Positions 1-8,151 are shown, counted from the stretch's first letter. The stretch is 36,689 nucleotides of DNA from an uncultured candidatus Brocadiaceae bacterium (GCA_964346565.1 CAYFVS010000008.1:1-36689), one strand, 5' to 3'. Translations and numbers: made by a program. Notes: a model not told the origin generated them from the sequence alone.

Positions 1-117
1 AGCAATGGCCATCAGCGCCAGCCGGCGCTCGGAAAGCAGAAGGCCAGCCGCACGGAAGGGGTAGACCACTCCCCGCGCGAATCGGACCGGCGCGCTGCTC
101 ATCCGGCGTGGCTGCAT
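1..117 (-). CDS. 5' end of a hypothetical (probably membrane) protein; gene continues past the window start
   Basis: Not in the ORF track because there is no stop inside the window. The reverse strand reads ATG(117) MQPRRMSSAPVRFARGVVYPFRAAGLLLSERRLALMAIA and stays open to position 1. GGAGGAGAGG lies immediately upstream (reverse complement of 118-127). Alternative ATG at 102. 39 residues are too few to assign a family. Confidence 0.3.
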   Translation of the reverse strand, partial: MQPRRMSSAPVRFARGVVYPFRAAGLLLSERRLALMAIA

Positions 118-206
118 CCTCTCCTCCGATGGCGGACCTGCGCTCGGATGATACCGCGCCGACGCCGGCGGGCCAAACTCCGGCGGCTCTCCTGCAGGAA
201 GAGGAC

Positions 207-235
207 TTGACAGGGACATACAGGACCAGTATAAT
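207..235 (+). promoter_or_regulatory. sigma70-type promoter of the Rrf2-hcp operon
   Basis: TTGACA (207-212), 17-nt spacer, TATAAT (230-235): a perfect consensus, 40 nt upstream of the Rrf2 ATG. GAGG at 267-270 serves as SD. Confidence 0.6.
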
Positions 236-253
236 CCCATATATCTGGACCTG
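221..253. promoter_or_regulatory. candidate operator dyad overlapping the -10 box
   Basis: CAGGACCAG (221-229) and CTGGACCTG (245-253) form an 8/9 inverted repeat (core GACCAG-N15-CTGGAC) that brackets TATAAT. Confidence 0.35.
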
Positions 254-275
254 ATACATCCTATACGAGGCGGAC

Positions 276-701
276 ATGGCGGTAATCAAGCGGGAGACAG
301 ACTACGCGATGCGCGCCCTGGCGCGGCTGGCCGAGGCGGAGGAGTGGCTGCCGGCGGGCACGCTGGCGGCCGACGCCGAGGTGCCGGAGGACTTCCTGCG
401 CAAGATCATGCAGCGGCTCTGCGCCGCCGAACTGGTCGAGAGCCGGCAGGGGCCGTTCGGGGGCTATCGCCTGGCGGTCCCCCCGGAGAAGGTCACCGTG
501 CTGGACGTGCTGGAGACGATCCAGGGGCCGCTGGTGATGAACGAGTGCTTCGCGGACCCGGACGTGTGCACGCGGACGGAGTTCTGCCCCCTGCGCCGCA
601 GGCTGGTCGAGCTGCAGGTGGAGCTGAACGCAAGCCTTGCAGAGCTGACACTGACCTCCGTGTTCGGCGGCCTGCCGAGCATAGAAGAGAGCACGAGATG
701 A
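276..701 (+). CDS. Rrf2-family (IscR/NsrR-like) transcriptional regulator with Fe-S ligand cysteines
   Basis: N-terminal winged-helix typical of Rrf2 (MAVIKRETDYAMRALARLA...). C-X6-C-X5-C (CFADPDVCTRTEFC) at the usual cluster-binding position. SD GAGG 5 nt before the ATG. Confidence 0.9.
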   Translation: MAVIKRETDYAMRALARLAEAEEWLPAGTLAADAEVPEDFLRKIMQRLCAAELVESRQGPFGGYRLAVPPEKVTVLDVLETIQGPLVMNECFADPDVCTRTEFCPLRRRLVELQVELNASLAELTLTSVFGGLPSIEESTR

Positions 702-1399
702 ACGCCCTGAAGTGCCCTGGACAGGATCCGCAGTTCATGAAGGCGGCTGACGTGGCGGAGGCCGCCTGCCCGGCCTGCGGACAGACGGTCGAGTTCTGGC
801 CCGACGAGATCATGCGAAGGTGCCCCGACTGCGGTCAGCGGGTGGCGAACCCGGAGAACACGCTGAAGTGCCTTGCCTGGTGCGAGCACGCCGCCAAGTG
901 CATGGAGGCGATGATGGACCGGTCGGCGGGTGCGCTGGCGCCGTTGCGGGAGGAGTTGCTGGAGCGGGTTGAGGAGATGCTGGGGGCCGACAGCGAGGAG
1001 ATGGAGCGGACCGGGCACGTGCTGGCCCTGGCCGAGAAGATCGGACAACGGGTGGGAGCGAACCCCCTCGTGCTGATTCCGGCGGCCATCCTGCATGAGT
1101 TCAGCGGACGCCGTCCGATTGGGGGCTCGGACGATGCCCGCCAGCGGGATGGCCGCCGCACCGCACGGGGGGTGCTCTCGGATCTACCCGTGCCTCAGGG
1201 CGTGGTCGAGGACGTGATGGCCCTGCTGGAGGGGGAGGCAGACGAATCGGCTTCCCCCGCCGGTGCGGCCTTGCACGACGCGTTGCTCATCGTGAAACTG
1301 GCCGAATCGCCAGACCAGACAGACGCGGCCAGCACAGTGCAGGAACAGGCGCTGACCGAACCGGGCCGCCGGATAGGCACCGAGAGACTGAGGGGTTGA
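698..1399 (+). CDS. zinc-ribbon plus degenerate HD-domain protein (hypothetical phosphohydrolase-like)
   Basis: ATG 698 overlaps the Rrf2 stop (ATGA). N-terminus has CPGQD...CPACG...CPDCG (two CxxC pairs). It is followed by an HD-like helix pair, GHVLALAEKIG...AAILHEF, with HE in place of HD. The track ORF start at 344 is an off-frame extension across Rrf2. Confidence 0.7.
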   Translation: MNALKCPGQDPQFMKAADVAEAACPACGQTVEFWPDEIMRRCPDCGQRVANPENTLKCLAWCEHAAKCMEAMMDRSAGALAPLREELLERVEEMLGADSEEMERTGHVLALAEKIGQRVGANPLVLIPAAILHEFSGRRPIGGSDDARQRDGRRTARGVLSDLPVPQGVVEDVMALLEGEADESASPAGAALHDALLIVKLAESPDQTDAASTVQEQALTEPGRRIGTERLRG

Positions 1400-1464
1400 C
1401 GCCGCAAGCACCGACACGTCGCAGGTTTGTGCTGCATGATCCACTCAAGAGGAGGTAGGCGAAG

Positions 1465-2208
1465 ATGGCATTGCGGAGGACGCCATTCCTGACGTTCCTT
1501 GCTCTCGTGGTGAGCGGGCTGATCCTGGTCCCAGCCGTGGCTCGCGCACACTGCGACACGATGGACGGGCCGGTGGTCGCCGACGCCAGGGCCGCCTTGG
1601 CGGCGGGCGACCCGACGCCGACGCTGAAATGGGTCAATGCGAAGCAGGAAGAGGAGTTGCGCGCGGTCTTCGATAAGGCAATGAAGGTGCGCGCTCTGGG
1701 CGAGGAAGCACGCGAGCTGGCGGACATGCACTTGTTCGAGACGCTCGTGCGGCTGCACCGGGCCAGCGAGGGCGCCCCGTACACGGGCCTCAAACCGGCG
1801 GACGCCCCCCTCGACCCGGTCGTCGAAGCGGCGGACGAAGCACTGGACGAGGGCTCCGTGGACGAGCTGGTGGACAACATCACCCGCGTGGTGGAGTCCG
1901 GCATCCGCCGGCGCTTCGAGCAGGCGCTGGCGGCCCGGAAGGAAGCCGACCAGGACGTTGAGGCGGGCCGGGCTTACGTGCGAAGCTATGTTCGCTATGT
2001 GCACTACGTCGAGGGGCTGCACACGGCCGCTGCCGGGGCTGCCGCGCATCACGCCCCCGGACAGAGCCCGGCAGAGGAGCCCGAAGGGGCCGCCGCCTCG
2101 CAACCCGCAGCGCCTGCGCCGGAGCCGCCCGGCCGGCAGAGAGCCAAACCCGAGCCGCAGGCGGAGCAAGCGGGCGAGGCGCACCGGCAACCGGCCGCAC
2201 AGAGCTGA
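1465..2208 (+). CDS. exported protein resembling the family I recall as DUF6448 (signal peptide then HCDTMDGPVV), with a low-complexity Pro/Ala/Glu tail
   Basis: GGAGG 9 nt upstream of the ATG. Signal peptide MALRRTPFLTFLALVVSGLILVPAVARA with an AxA site. Conserved-looking core HCDTMDGPVV...LFETLVRLHRASEGAPYTGLKP. Function unknown. Confidence 0.75.
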   Translation: MALRRTPFLTFLALVVSGLILVPAVARAHCDTMDGPVVADARAALAAGDPTPTLKWVNAKQEEELRAVFDKAMKVRALGEEARELADMHLFETLVRLHRASEGAPYTGLKPADAPLDPVVEAADEALDEGSVDELVDNITRVVESGIRRRFEQALAARKEADQDVEAGRAYVRSYVRYVHYVEGLHTAAAGAAAHHAPGQSPAEEPEGAAASQPAAPAPEPPGRQRAKPEPQAEQAGEAHRQPAAQS

Positions 2209-2222
2209 ACCCGCCGGACACT

Positions 2223-2248
2223 GACCAGGGGCACAGAGGGACCTGGAC
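2223..2248. promoter_or_regulatory. second copy of the GACCAG/CTGGAC dyad, upstream of hcp
   Basis: GACCAG (2223-2228), N14, CTGGAC (2243-2248). These are the same half-sites as the dyad at 224-250, and lie 40 nt before the hcp ATG. Confidence 0.3.
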
Positions 2249-2287
2249 GCTGACTGCGGTGACACTTCCGGGAAGGGGGCGCGACGC

Positions 2288-3937
2288 ATGAGCATGTTCT
2301 GCTATCAGTGCGAACAGACCGCCAGAGAAACCGGCTGCACCGCCCACGGCGTGTGCGGCAAGGACCCGGACACGGCCGCCCTTCAGGACCTGCTGGTGCA
2401 CGCCATCAAGGGCATCGCCGCCTACGCCCGCCGCGCACGCGAACTCGGCGCAGCCGACCCCGAGATTGACCGCTTCACGGTGGAGGCGCTCTTCACCACC
2501 CTGACCAACACGAACTTCGACGGGGAGGCACTGGCCGACTACGTCGGCCGGGCGGCGCGCGTGCGCGACCTGGCACGGGACCTCTACCAGAGCGCATGTG
2601 CGGAAGCGGCCCAGGTAGCCGAGCAGCCCGCCGGCGCCGCTGCATGGCAGCCGGCAGGCGGACTGGACCAACTGGTGCGCCAGGGCGAGGACGTCACCAT
2701 CGAGAAGCGCATCGAGCGGCACGGCGAGACCGTGGCCGGCCTGCAGGAAATGATCACCTACGGACTGAAGGGCAGCGCCGCCTACGCTTACCACGCCGAC
2801 GTGCTGGACACCACCGACCCGGACCTCTACGGGCGCTTCCATGCACTGCTCGACTACGTGGCCTCCGAGCCGGACGACGTGGACGAGCTGCTTGGCAAGG
2901 CCCTGGCGACGGGCGAGCTGAACCTGAAGGTGATGGAACTGCTGGACAGCGCCAACACCGGCGCCTACGGCGACCCCGAGCCCACCTCCGTTCGGGTCGA
3001 GCCGGTTAAGGGCAAGGCCATCGTGGTCAGCGGGCACGACCTGCGCGATCTGGAGGCGCTGCTGGAGCAAACCGAGGGCACGGGCATCAACGTGTACACT
3101 CACGGCGAGATGCTGCCCGCCCACGGATATCCAGAGCTGAACAGGCACGACCATCTGGCAGGCAACTACGGCAGCGCATGGCAGAACCAGCGCTCGGAGT
3201 TCGACCAGTTCCCCGGCGCCATCCTGATGACCACCAACTGCCTGATGAAGCCGAAGGACAGCTACAAGGACCGCATCTTCACCACCGGCCCGGTCGGCTG
3301 GCCGGGCGTGACGCACCTGGAGCACGGCGGTTTTCAGCCGGTCATTGACGCCGCCCTGGCAGCCGAAGGCTTCGCCGAGGACGGTCCGGACAAGAAGATC
3401 CTGGTCGGGTTCGGCCACGCGGCGGTGCTGGGGCTGGCGGACAAGGTGGTGCAGGCCGTCAGGGACGGCGATGTGCGGCACTTCTTCCTGATCGGCGGCT
3501 GCGACGGCGCCAAGCCGGGCCGCAACTACTATACGGAGCTGGCCCGGGCCGTGCCCGACGACTGCATCATCCTGACGCTGGCCTGCGGCAAGTATCGGTT
3601 CAACAAGCTGGAGTTCGGCGAGGTAGCCGGCCTGCCCCGACTGCTGGACGTGGGGCAGTGCAACGACAGCTACTCGGCCATCCGCATCGCCCAGGCGCTG
3701 GCGGACGCGTTCGAGACCGACGTCAACGGCCTGCCGCTTTCGCTGGTGCTTTCCTGGTACGAGCAGAAAGCCGTGGCCATCCTGCTGACACTGCTCTACC
3801 TGGGCATCCGGGACATACGGCTTGGTCCGACGCTGCCGGCATTCGTGACGAAGCAGGTGCTGGAGGTGCTGAGCGAGAGGTTCAACATCATGCCCGTCAC
3901 CACGCCGCAGGAGGACCTGGGGGCCATCCTCGGCTGA
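2288..3937 (+). CDS. hcp: hybrid-cluster protein (hydroxylamine/NO reductase), class I
   Basis: [25 protein letters not shown] has C-X2-C-X8-C-X5-C spacing. The 549-aa length and the rest of the sequence are typical of Hcp. Alternative ATG at 2294. Confidence 0.95.
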   Translation: MSMFCYQCEQTARETGCTAHGVCGKDPDTAALQDLLVHAIKGIAAYARRARELGAADPEIDRFTVEALFTTLTNTNFDGEALADYVGRAARVRDLARDLYQSACAEAAQVAEQPAGAAAWQPAGGLDQLVRQGEDVTIEKRIERHGETVAGLQEMITYGLKGSAAYAYHADVLDTTDPDLYGRFHALLDYVASEPDDVDELLGKALATGELNLKVMELLDSANTGAYGDPEPTSVRVEPVKGKAIVVSGHDLRDLEALLEQTEGTGINVYTHGEMLPAHGYPELNRHDHLAGNYGSAWQNQRSEFDQFPGAILMTTNCLMKPKDSYKDRIFTTGPVGWPGVTHLEHGGFQPVIDAALAAEGFAEDGPDKKILVGFGHAAVLGLADKVVQAVRDGDVRHFFLIGGCDGAKPGRNYYTELARAVPDDCIILTLACGKYRFNKLEFGEVAGLPRLLDVGQCNDSYSAIRIAQALADAFETDVNGLPLSLVLSWYEQKAVAILLTLLYLGIRDIRLGPTLPAFVTKQVLEVLSERFNIMPVTTPQEDLGAILG

Positions 3938-4008
3938 GGCATGCAACCAGGATCAACCCCAACGGCACTACGATCACGACGAACAACGGCAACCGCGCAA
4001 CAAGCATC

Positions 4009-4100
4009 CACAGGATAGACAGGACGAAGACACAGGAGACAGGCAAGCGGCCTCTGTGAGGGCTTCTTGCCTTATCCTGGGTATCCTGTTCATCCCTGTC
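4009..4100 (+). repeat. extended imperfect inverted repeat built from ACAGGA / TCCTGT units around a GGCAAG...CTTGCC hairpin; possible hcp terminator or structured RNA
   Basis: ACAGGA at 4010, 4019 and 4032, and ACAGGC at 4039. Central stem GGCAAG (4042-4047) / CTTGCC (4066-4071). TCCTGG at 4075, TCCTGT at 4084, TCCCTGT at 4093. The left arm is nearly T-free and the right arm nearly A-free. Confidence 0.35.
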
Positions 4101-4162
4101 CGCTGTCCTCCGTCGTGGTGGCAGTGTCGTCGTGGTTTCTCTTCCTCTGGGGGTCGGCCGAT

Positions 4163-4171
4163 TGCTATAAT
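4163..4171 (+). promoter_or_regulatory. extended -10 promoter element upstream of the M55 peptidase gene
   Basis: TGCTATAAT (TGn + TATAAT) 39 nt before ATG 4210. No good -35. Confidence 0.3.
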
Positions 4172-4209
4172 GTTCCTTTCACGCGTGGCTTGCACGATCG
4201 GGGAAACCG

Positions 4210-5127
4210 ATGGTGGAGAGCGCGGAGCGAGTGCTTTCCGCAAACCCTACGGCCGCAACCCGGACCGACGTCCGAACCGCCCGCAGGTCGGCCACCGGAC
4301 GGGTCTTCGTGAAGGTGGACATGGAGGGCGTCAGCGGCGTGGTCAGCGCCGAGCAGACCATCCCTGGTCACGAGGAGTACGACTACGCCCGTCGGATGCT
4401 GATGCACGACCTCCAGGCGGTGCTGGACGGCCTCTTCGCCGCCGGGGCGCGGGAGGCGGTGGTCTATGACACCCATCTTGGCGGGCGCAACGTGGACCTG
4501 GACGTCCTGGACAGACGGGTCTCGCTTATCGCCGGCTGCCCCCACCTGGAGGACGGCTGCTTCCACGGGCTGGACGCCACCTTCGGCGCTCTGTTCCTGG
4601 TTGGGTTCCATGCGCGCGCCGGGGCCTCGGACGCCCTGCTGCCCCATACCTACGAAGAGGACATCGCTGCACTGAAGGTGAACGGGAGCGAGGTGGGGGA
4701 GATCGGCCTGGAGGCGGCACTGGCCGGCGAGCTCGGCGTGCCCCTGGCGTTCGTTTCGGCGGACTCAGGCGGCGTGCGGGAGGCCAAGGAACTGCTGGGG
4801 GACGATATTGTCTGCGTCGAGGTGAAGAAGGCTATCACGCCCACCAGCGGCATCTGCCTGCCGGCGGCGCAGACCAGGGAGCTGCTGGCCAAGGCCGCCG
4901 CCAGGGCCTTCGAGAACGCCCCGAGCGTCCCGCCGATGGTCTTCCAGTGTCCGACGTACCTGGAGGCGATCTTCAAGACCCCCCAGAGCGCCGAGGCACT
5001 GGCCGAGATGCCGTCGGTGGAGAGGGCCGGGCGGGTGAGCGTCCGGACCCGGGGGCGGAACGTGCTGGCCGCCTACCGGCACTTCGTGCTCGCCCGGCGG
5101 CGGGTGGCCTCCCAACAGGAAGAGTGA
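4210..5127 (+). CDS. M55-family D-aminopeptidase (DppA-like)
   Basis: VKVDMEGVSGV, FLVGFHARAG and VNGSEVGEIGLEAALAGELGVPLAFVSADSGGVREAKELL match Bacillus DppA-type M55 peptidases. Start is uncertain: ATG 4210 gives a 33-aa extension, while GTG 4309 would give the canonical MKVDMEG N-terminus. Confidence 0.85.
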   Translation: MVESAERVLSANPTAATRTDVRTARRSATGRVFVKVDMEGVSGVVSAEQTIPGHEEYDYARRMLMHDLQAVLDGLFAAGAREAVVYDTHLGGRNVDLDVLDRRVSLIAGCPHLEDGCFHGLDATFGALFLVGFHARAGASDALLPHTYEEDIAALKVNGSEVGEIGLEAALAGELGVPLAFVSADSGGVREAKELLGDDIVCVEVKKAITPTSGICLPAAQTRELLAKAAARAFENAPSVPPMVFQCPTYLEAIFKTPQSAEALAEMPSVERAGRVSVRTRGRNVLAAYRHFVLARRRVASQQEE

Positions 5128-5128
5128 G

Positions 5129-5674
5129 CTACTCCGCCAGCAGTTCCTCCATCGCCTCCCGGTAGACCCGCAGGTCGCCCCCCGTGAACAGCACGAAGCG
5201 CACTTCGTCCAGCTCACCGGGATTGGCCTTCAGGAAGCCGATCACTGCGCCCAGCGCGACTCTGGCCGCCTGCGCGACGGGGTATCCGTAGGCGCCAGTG
5301 CTGATGGACGGGAACGCCACACTCTTCAGGCCGTTCTCGGCGGCCAGCTCCAGGCTGGCCCGGTACGCGTCGGCCAGCAGACGCTGCTCTCCCCTGCCGC
5401 CGCCCTGCCAGCGGGGGCCGACGGCGTGGATCACACGCCGGGCCGGCAGGTCGCCGGCGGTGGTGATAACGGCGCTGCCGGTGGGGCAGCCACCGATGCG
5501 GCGGCACTCCTCCATGATGGCTGGCCCGCCGGCCCGGTGTATGGCGCCGTCAACGCCCCCTCCGCCGCGCAGCCCGCTGTTGGCCGCGTTCACCATGGCC
5601 TCCACCCTCTGCTCGGTGATGTCGCCCTGGACAAGCTTAAGTGTTGTGCCTTCGATCTCTGTCTGCACCGGCAA
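5129..5674 (-). CDS. macro-domain protein (YmdB-like O-acetyl-ADP-ribose deacetylase)
   Basis: LKLVQGDITEQRVEAMVNAANSGLRGGGGVDGAIHRAGGP...FPSISTGAYGYP is the canonical macro-domain signature. Confidence 0.9.
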   Translation of the reverse strand: MPVQTEIEGTTLKLVQGDITEQRVEAMVNAANSGLRGGGGVDGAIHRAGGPAIMEECRRIGGCPTGSAVITTAGDLPARRVIHAVGPRWQGGGRGEQRLLADAYRASLELAAENGLKSVAFPSISTGAYGYPVAQAARVALGAVIGFLKANPGELDEVRFVLFTGGDLRVYREAMEELLAE

Positions 5675-5786
5675 TCTCCTTTTTTGCAGCAGGTAACGCT
5701 TCCGACAACAAGTAGTTACGACACATTGTGGCGTCCGGCAGGTGTATAACCTCTATAATGCGCGCCGTCAACCTTCCGGAGGTTCC

Positions 5787-6155
5787 ATGTTCCGCAACAC
5801 GAGCGGAAGGAACTACTACGAGACCCTCGGGGTCACACCGGGGGCCAGCCTGCCGCAGCTCAAGAAGGCATATCGCCAGCGCGTGTTGGAGACCCACCCG
5901 GACCTGCGCGGCCCGAATGCCGACGCGGAGCTGTTCCGGCAGGTCAAAGAGGCATACGACGTGCTGAGAGATCCACAGGGCAGGGACTGGTACGACATGG
6001 CGATGGGCCTCGGGGGACGGGCACGCCGCAACGACCCCAGCCGGGGCGGTTTCGGCTCCCTGTTCGCCAACCTGTTCGCCGGGTTCCGCTCCGTGCTGGA
6101 GCGCAGCTCCGACCTGCCCGGGACACACGGTCGGCAACGGCGGCAGGCCGGCTGA
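5787..6155 (+). CDS. small J-domain protein
   Basis: GGAGG at 5778-5782 precedes ATG 5787. NYYETLGV...LKKAYRQRVLETHPDL contains the HPD motif. There is no Zn-finger or C-terminal DnaJ domains. TATAAT at 5753-5758. Confidence 0.8.
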   Translation: MFRNTSGRNYYETLGVTPGASLPQLKKAYRQRVLETHPDLRGPNADAELFRQVKEAYDVLRDPQGRDWYDMAMGLGGRARRNDPSRGGFGSLFANLFAGFRSVLERSSDLPGTHGRQRRQAG

Positions 6156-6160
6156 GCCCT

Positions 6161-6877
6161 TCACACACCTCCGAACACCCGGACAACCGATCCGCTGGCC
6201 GGGGCCATCTCCTCTGAGCAGAGCGCCAGCAGCACATCCGCAACCCGCTCGGGCGGCACCCAGCGCTGGTGGTCCGCATCGGGCATAAGGCGTCGCGTCG
6301 CGGGGGTGTCAATGATGGACGGCATCAGGGCGTAGACGGACACGCCCGTCCCTTTCAGCTCCTCCCGCAGAGCCCGCGTGAGGGTAAGGATGCCTCCCTT
6401 GGCGACGGCGTAAGCGGCGGCCCCGGGCTGTATGTCCACGGCCGCCTTCGAGGAGACGTTCACGATCCGCCCCTCGCCCCGCTCGCGCATGGCGGGCAGG
6501 GCGTGCTTGCAGCACAGGAAGGCGCTGTGCAGGTTCACCGCCATCATGCGCGTCCACGTCTCAAGGTCCGTCTCCCACACATTGGCACCGAAGGCGAACC
6601 CCCCGGCCAGGTTCAGCAGCGCGTGGACGGAACCGGACTGGTCCAGAGCCGTCCGCATGAGTTCCCGCACCTGGTCCTCCTCGGTCAGGTCGGCCCGGAC
6701 GCCGATCAGGCGGCCGGCCAGCTCACCCGGAAGCCCCTCACGCAGCTCCCGCCAGCCCTCCTCGCCCCGCCAGGGCACGACCACGGCAGCCCCCTGCTGC
6801 AGCAAGCGCCGCGTTACGACCGAACCCACGTTGCCCGTGCCTCCCGTCACGACGGCCACTCGTCCCTGCAAGGTCAT
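6161..6877 (-). CDS. short-chain dehydrogenase/reductase (SDR) family oxidoreductase
   Basis: VAVVTGGTGNVGS Rossmann motif, NVSS, and the YAVAK (YxxxK) catalytic motif. Confidence 0.9.
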   Translation of the reverse strand: MTLQGRVAVVTGGTGNVGSVVTRRLLQQGAAVVVPWRGEEGWRELREGLPGELAGRLIGVRADLTEEDQVRELMRTALDQSGSVHALLNLAGGFAFGANVWETDLETWTRMMAVNLHSAFLCCKHALPAMRERGEGRIVNVSSKAAVDIQPGAAAYAVAKGGILTLTRALREELKGTGVSVYALMPSIIDTPATRRLMPDADHQRWVPPERVADVLLALCSEEMAPASGSVVRVFGGV

Positions 6878-6888
6878 CGTTCCCCTCC

Positions 6889-7530
6889 TCAGTCGCCTTT
6901 GCGTGCAGCGAAGCGCAACAGGGAGTGCCGGTGGAGCGTTCCGTGCGTGCGATCCGTCACCTTGATCTGGTCGCAGGCCGCAACCTCGAGCCCGGGGAAC
7001 AGCCGCGCCAACTCGCCGGGGGCGAAGTAGTGCCGCACCAGCGGGGCAAACTCACTGGCCTGCCGGCCGGCCTGGCGTCCCGGATCGTCAGAGGCGAAGT
7101 CCTCCACAAGCAACAGCCCTCCGGAGGTGACGGCCTTCGCCATGCGCCCGCAGAGGGCCGCAAGATCGCCCTCGGCCAGCAGGCTCAGCACCGTGACGGC
7201 AAGGACGATGTCGTAGCGCCGCACGGCCGGTCGCCACCGGCGGGCGTCCGCCACGGTCGCATGTACCGCCAGGCCCTCCCGGCCCGCGACCTCGCGGAGT
7301 CGGCGGATGGCCTCCGGCGCCACGTCCAGCGCGTCCACCCTGAAGCCCAGGCGGGCCAGGTAGAGGGCGTTGCGTCCGTAGCCGCAGCCGATGTCCATCG
7401 CCAGTGGCCGCGACCCCGCACCTGCCGCGTGCCGCATCACCCAGGCCGAAGGGCCCTGGCCGAAGCAGAACGGATCGGCGGCGTATGTGCGGTCGAAATC
7501 TGCGACCTGCTGTCCGGTTTCGGCGTTCAC
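6889..7530 (-). CDS. class I SAM-dependent methyltransferase (TehB-like)
   Basis: AMDIGCGYGRNALYLARLGFRVDALD motif I; YDIVLAVTVLSLL. The track ORF (to 7902) overlaps rubrerythrin. An in-frame GTG at 7530 lies 34 nt after the rbr stop and is preceded by AGGGGG. Start uncertain. Confidence 0.8.
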   Translation of the reverse strand: MNAETGQQVADFDRTYAADPFCFGQGPSAWVMRHAAGAGSRPLAMDIGCGYGRNALYLARLGFRVDALDVAPEAIRRLREVAGREGLAVHATVADARRWRPAVRRYDIVLAVTVLSLLAEGDLAALCGRMAKAVTSGGLLLVEDFASDDPGRQAGRQASEFAPLVRHYFAPGELARLFPGLEVAACDQIKVTDRTHGTLHRHSLLRFAARKGD

Positions 7531-7564
7531 GGCGGCGCCCCCTGCCACCGCACGGCCAGTGGGT

Positions 7565-8068
7565 CTATTCGATGTGCATGAACCACGACCTCGGCGAGCC
7601 GCAGATCGGGCACTTCTCCGGCGGCTCGTCGTAGACCGTGTTGCCGCAGCCGCGACAAACGTACATGTCCCGCTGGGGCAGGTCCGAGCCTCCCTGAAGC
7701 GCCTGGATTGCCCGGCCATAGAACTCGTGGTGGATCTGCTCAACCTGCATCGCGTAGTCGAAGGTCTCCTCGGCGTCCGCGTTGCCCTCCCGCTGCGCCC
7801 CCTCGATGAACTCGGGATACATGGCTCGGAACTCGTGGGCCTCGCCGGACTGCGCGTCCCGCAGGTTGTCCAGTGTGCCCTGCACCGCGCCCATGGCGTC
7901 AATGTGGTTCTGCGCGTGGACCGTCTCGGCCGCGGCCGCCGCCCGGAACAGCCGGGCGATCATCGGGCGGCCCTCATCCTGTGCCTTCTTCGCGTACGCC
8001 AGGTAGCGCTGGTTGGCCTGGCTCTCACCCGCGAACGCCTCTCTCAGGTTCTGCTGCGCATCGGCCAT
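7565..8068 (-). CDS. rbr: rubrerythrin
   Basis: Diiron ferritin-like domain (ESQANQRYLAYA...EAHEF...EQIHHE) plus a C-terminal rubredoxin CRGCG...CPICG. Confidence 0.95.
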   Translation of the reverse strand: MADAQQNLREAFAGESQANQRYLAYAKKAQDEGRPMIARLFRAAAAAETVHAQNHIDAMGAVQGTLDNLRDAQSGEAHEFRAMYPEFIEGAQREGNADAEETFDYAMQVEQIHHEFYGRAIQALQGGSDLPQRDMYVCRGCGNTVYDEPPEKCPICGSPRSWFMHIE

Positions 8069-8151
8069 AGGTACAGCTCCTTCCCGAGCAGGTTGATGGG
8101 TTGCCCTGGCCGGCGCCGCTTTCGCCCCCGGCGGCGCCCGACGTAACTCCC

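Noticed and set aside
344-1399. 351-aa version of the zinc-ribbon/HD ORF starting at 344
   Set aside because: The first 118 codons overlap the Rrf2 gene out of frame and read as Gly/Arg/Ala repeats. ATG 698 overlaps the Rrf2 stop, and the recognisable protein starts there.
1880-3946. 688-aa ORF antisense to hcp
   Set aside because: It exactly shadows a confidently identified gene on the opposite strand. Its composition is Arg/Ala/Gly/Pro-rich and low-complexity, as expected for antisense frames in high-GC DNA. It has no recognisable motif.
4210-4308. Possible twin-arginine signal in the N-terminal extension of the M55 peptidase (TARRSATGRVF)
   Set aside because: No hydrophobic h-region or AxA site follows the RR, and M55 peptidases are cytoplasmic. 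The extension may simply reflect a mis-called start.
6889-7902. 337-aa version of the methyltransferase ORF
   Set aside because: The upstream 124 codons overlap rubrerythrin out of frame. The methyltransferase fold begins after GTG 7530.
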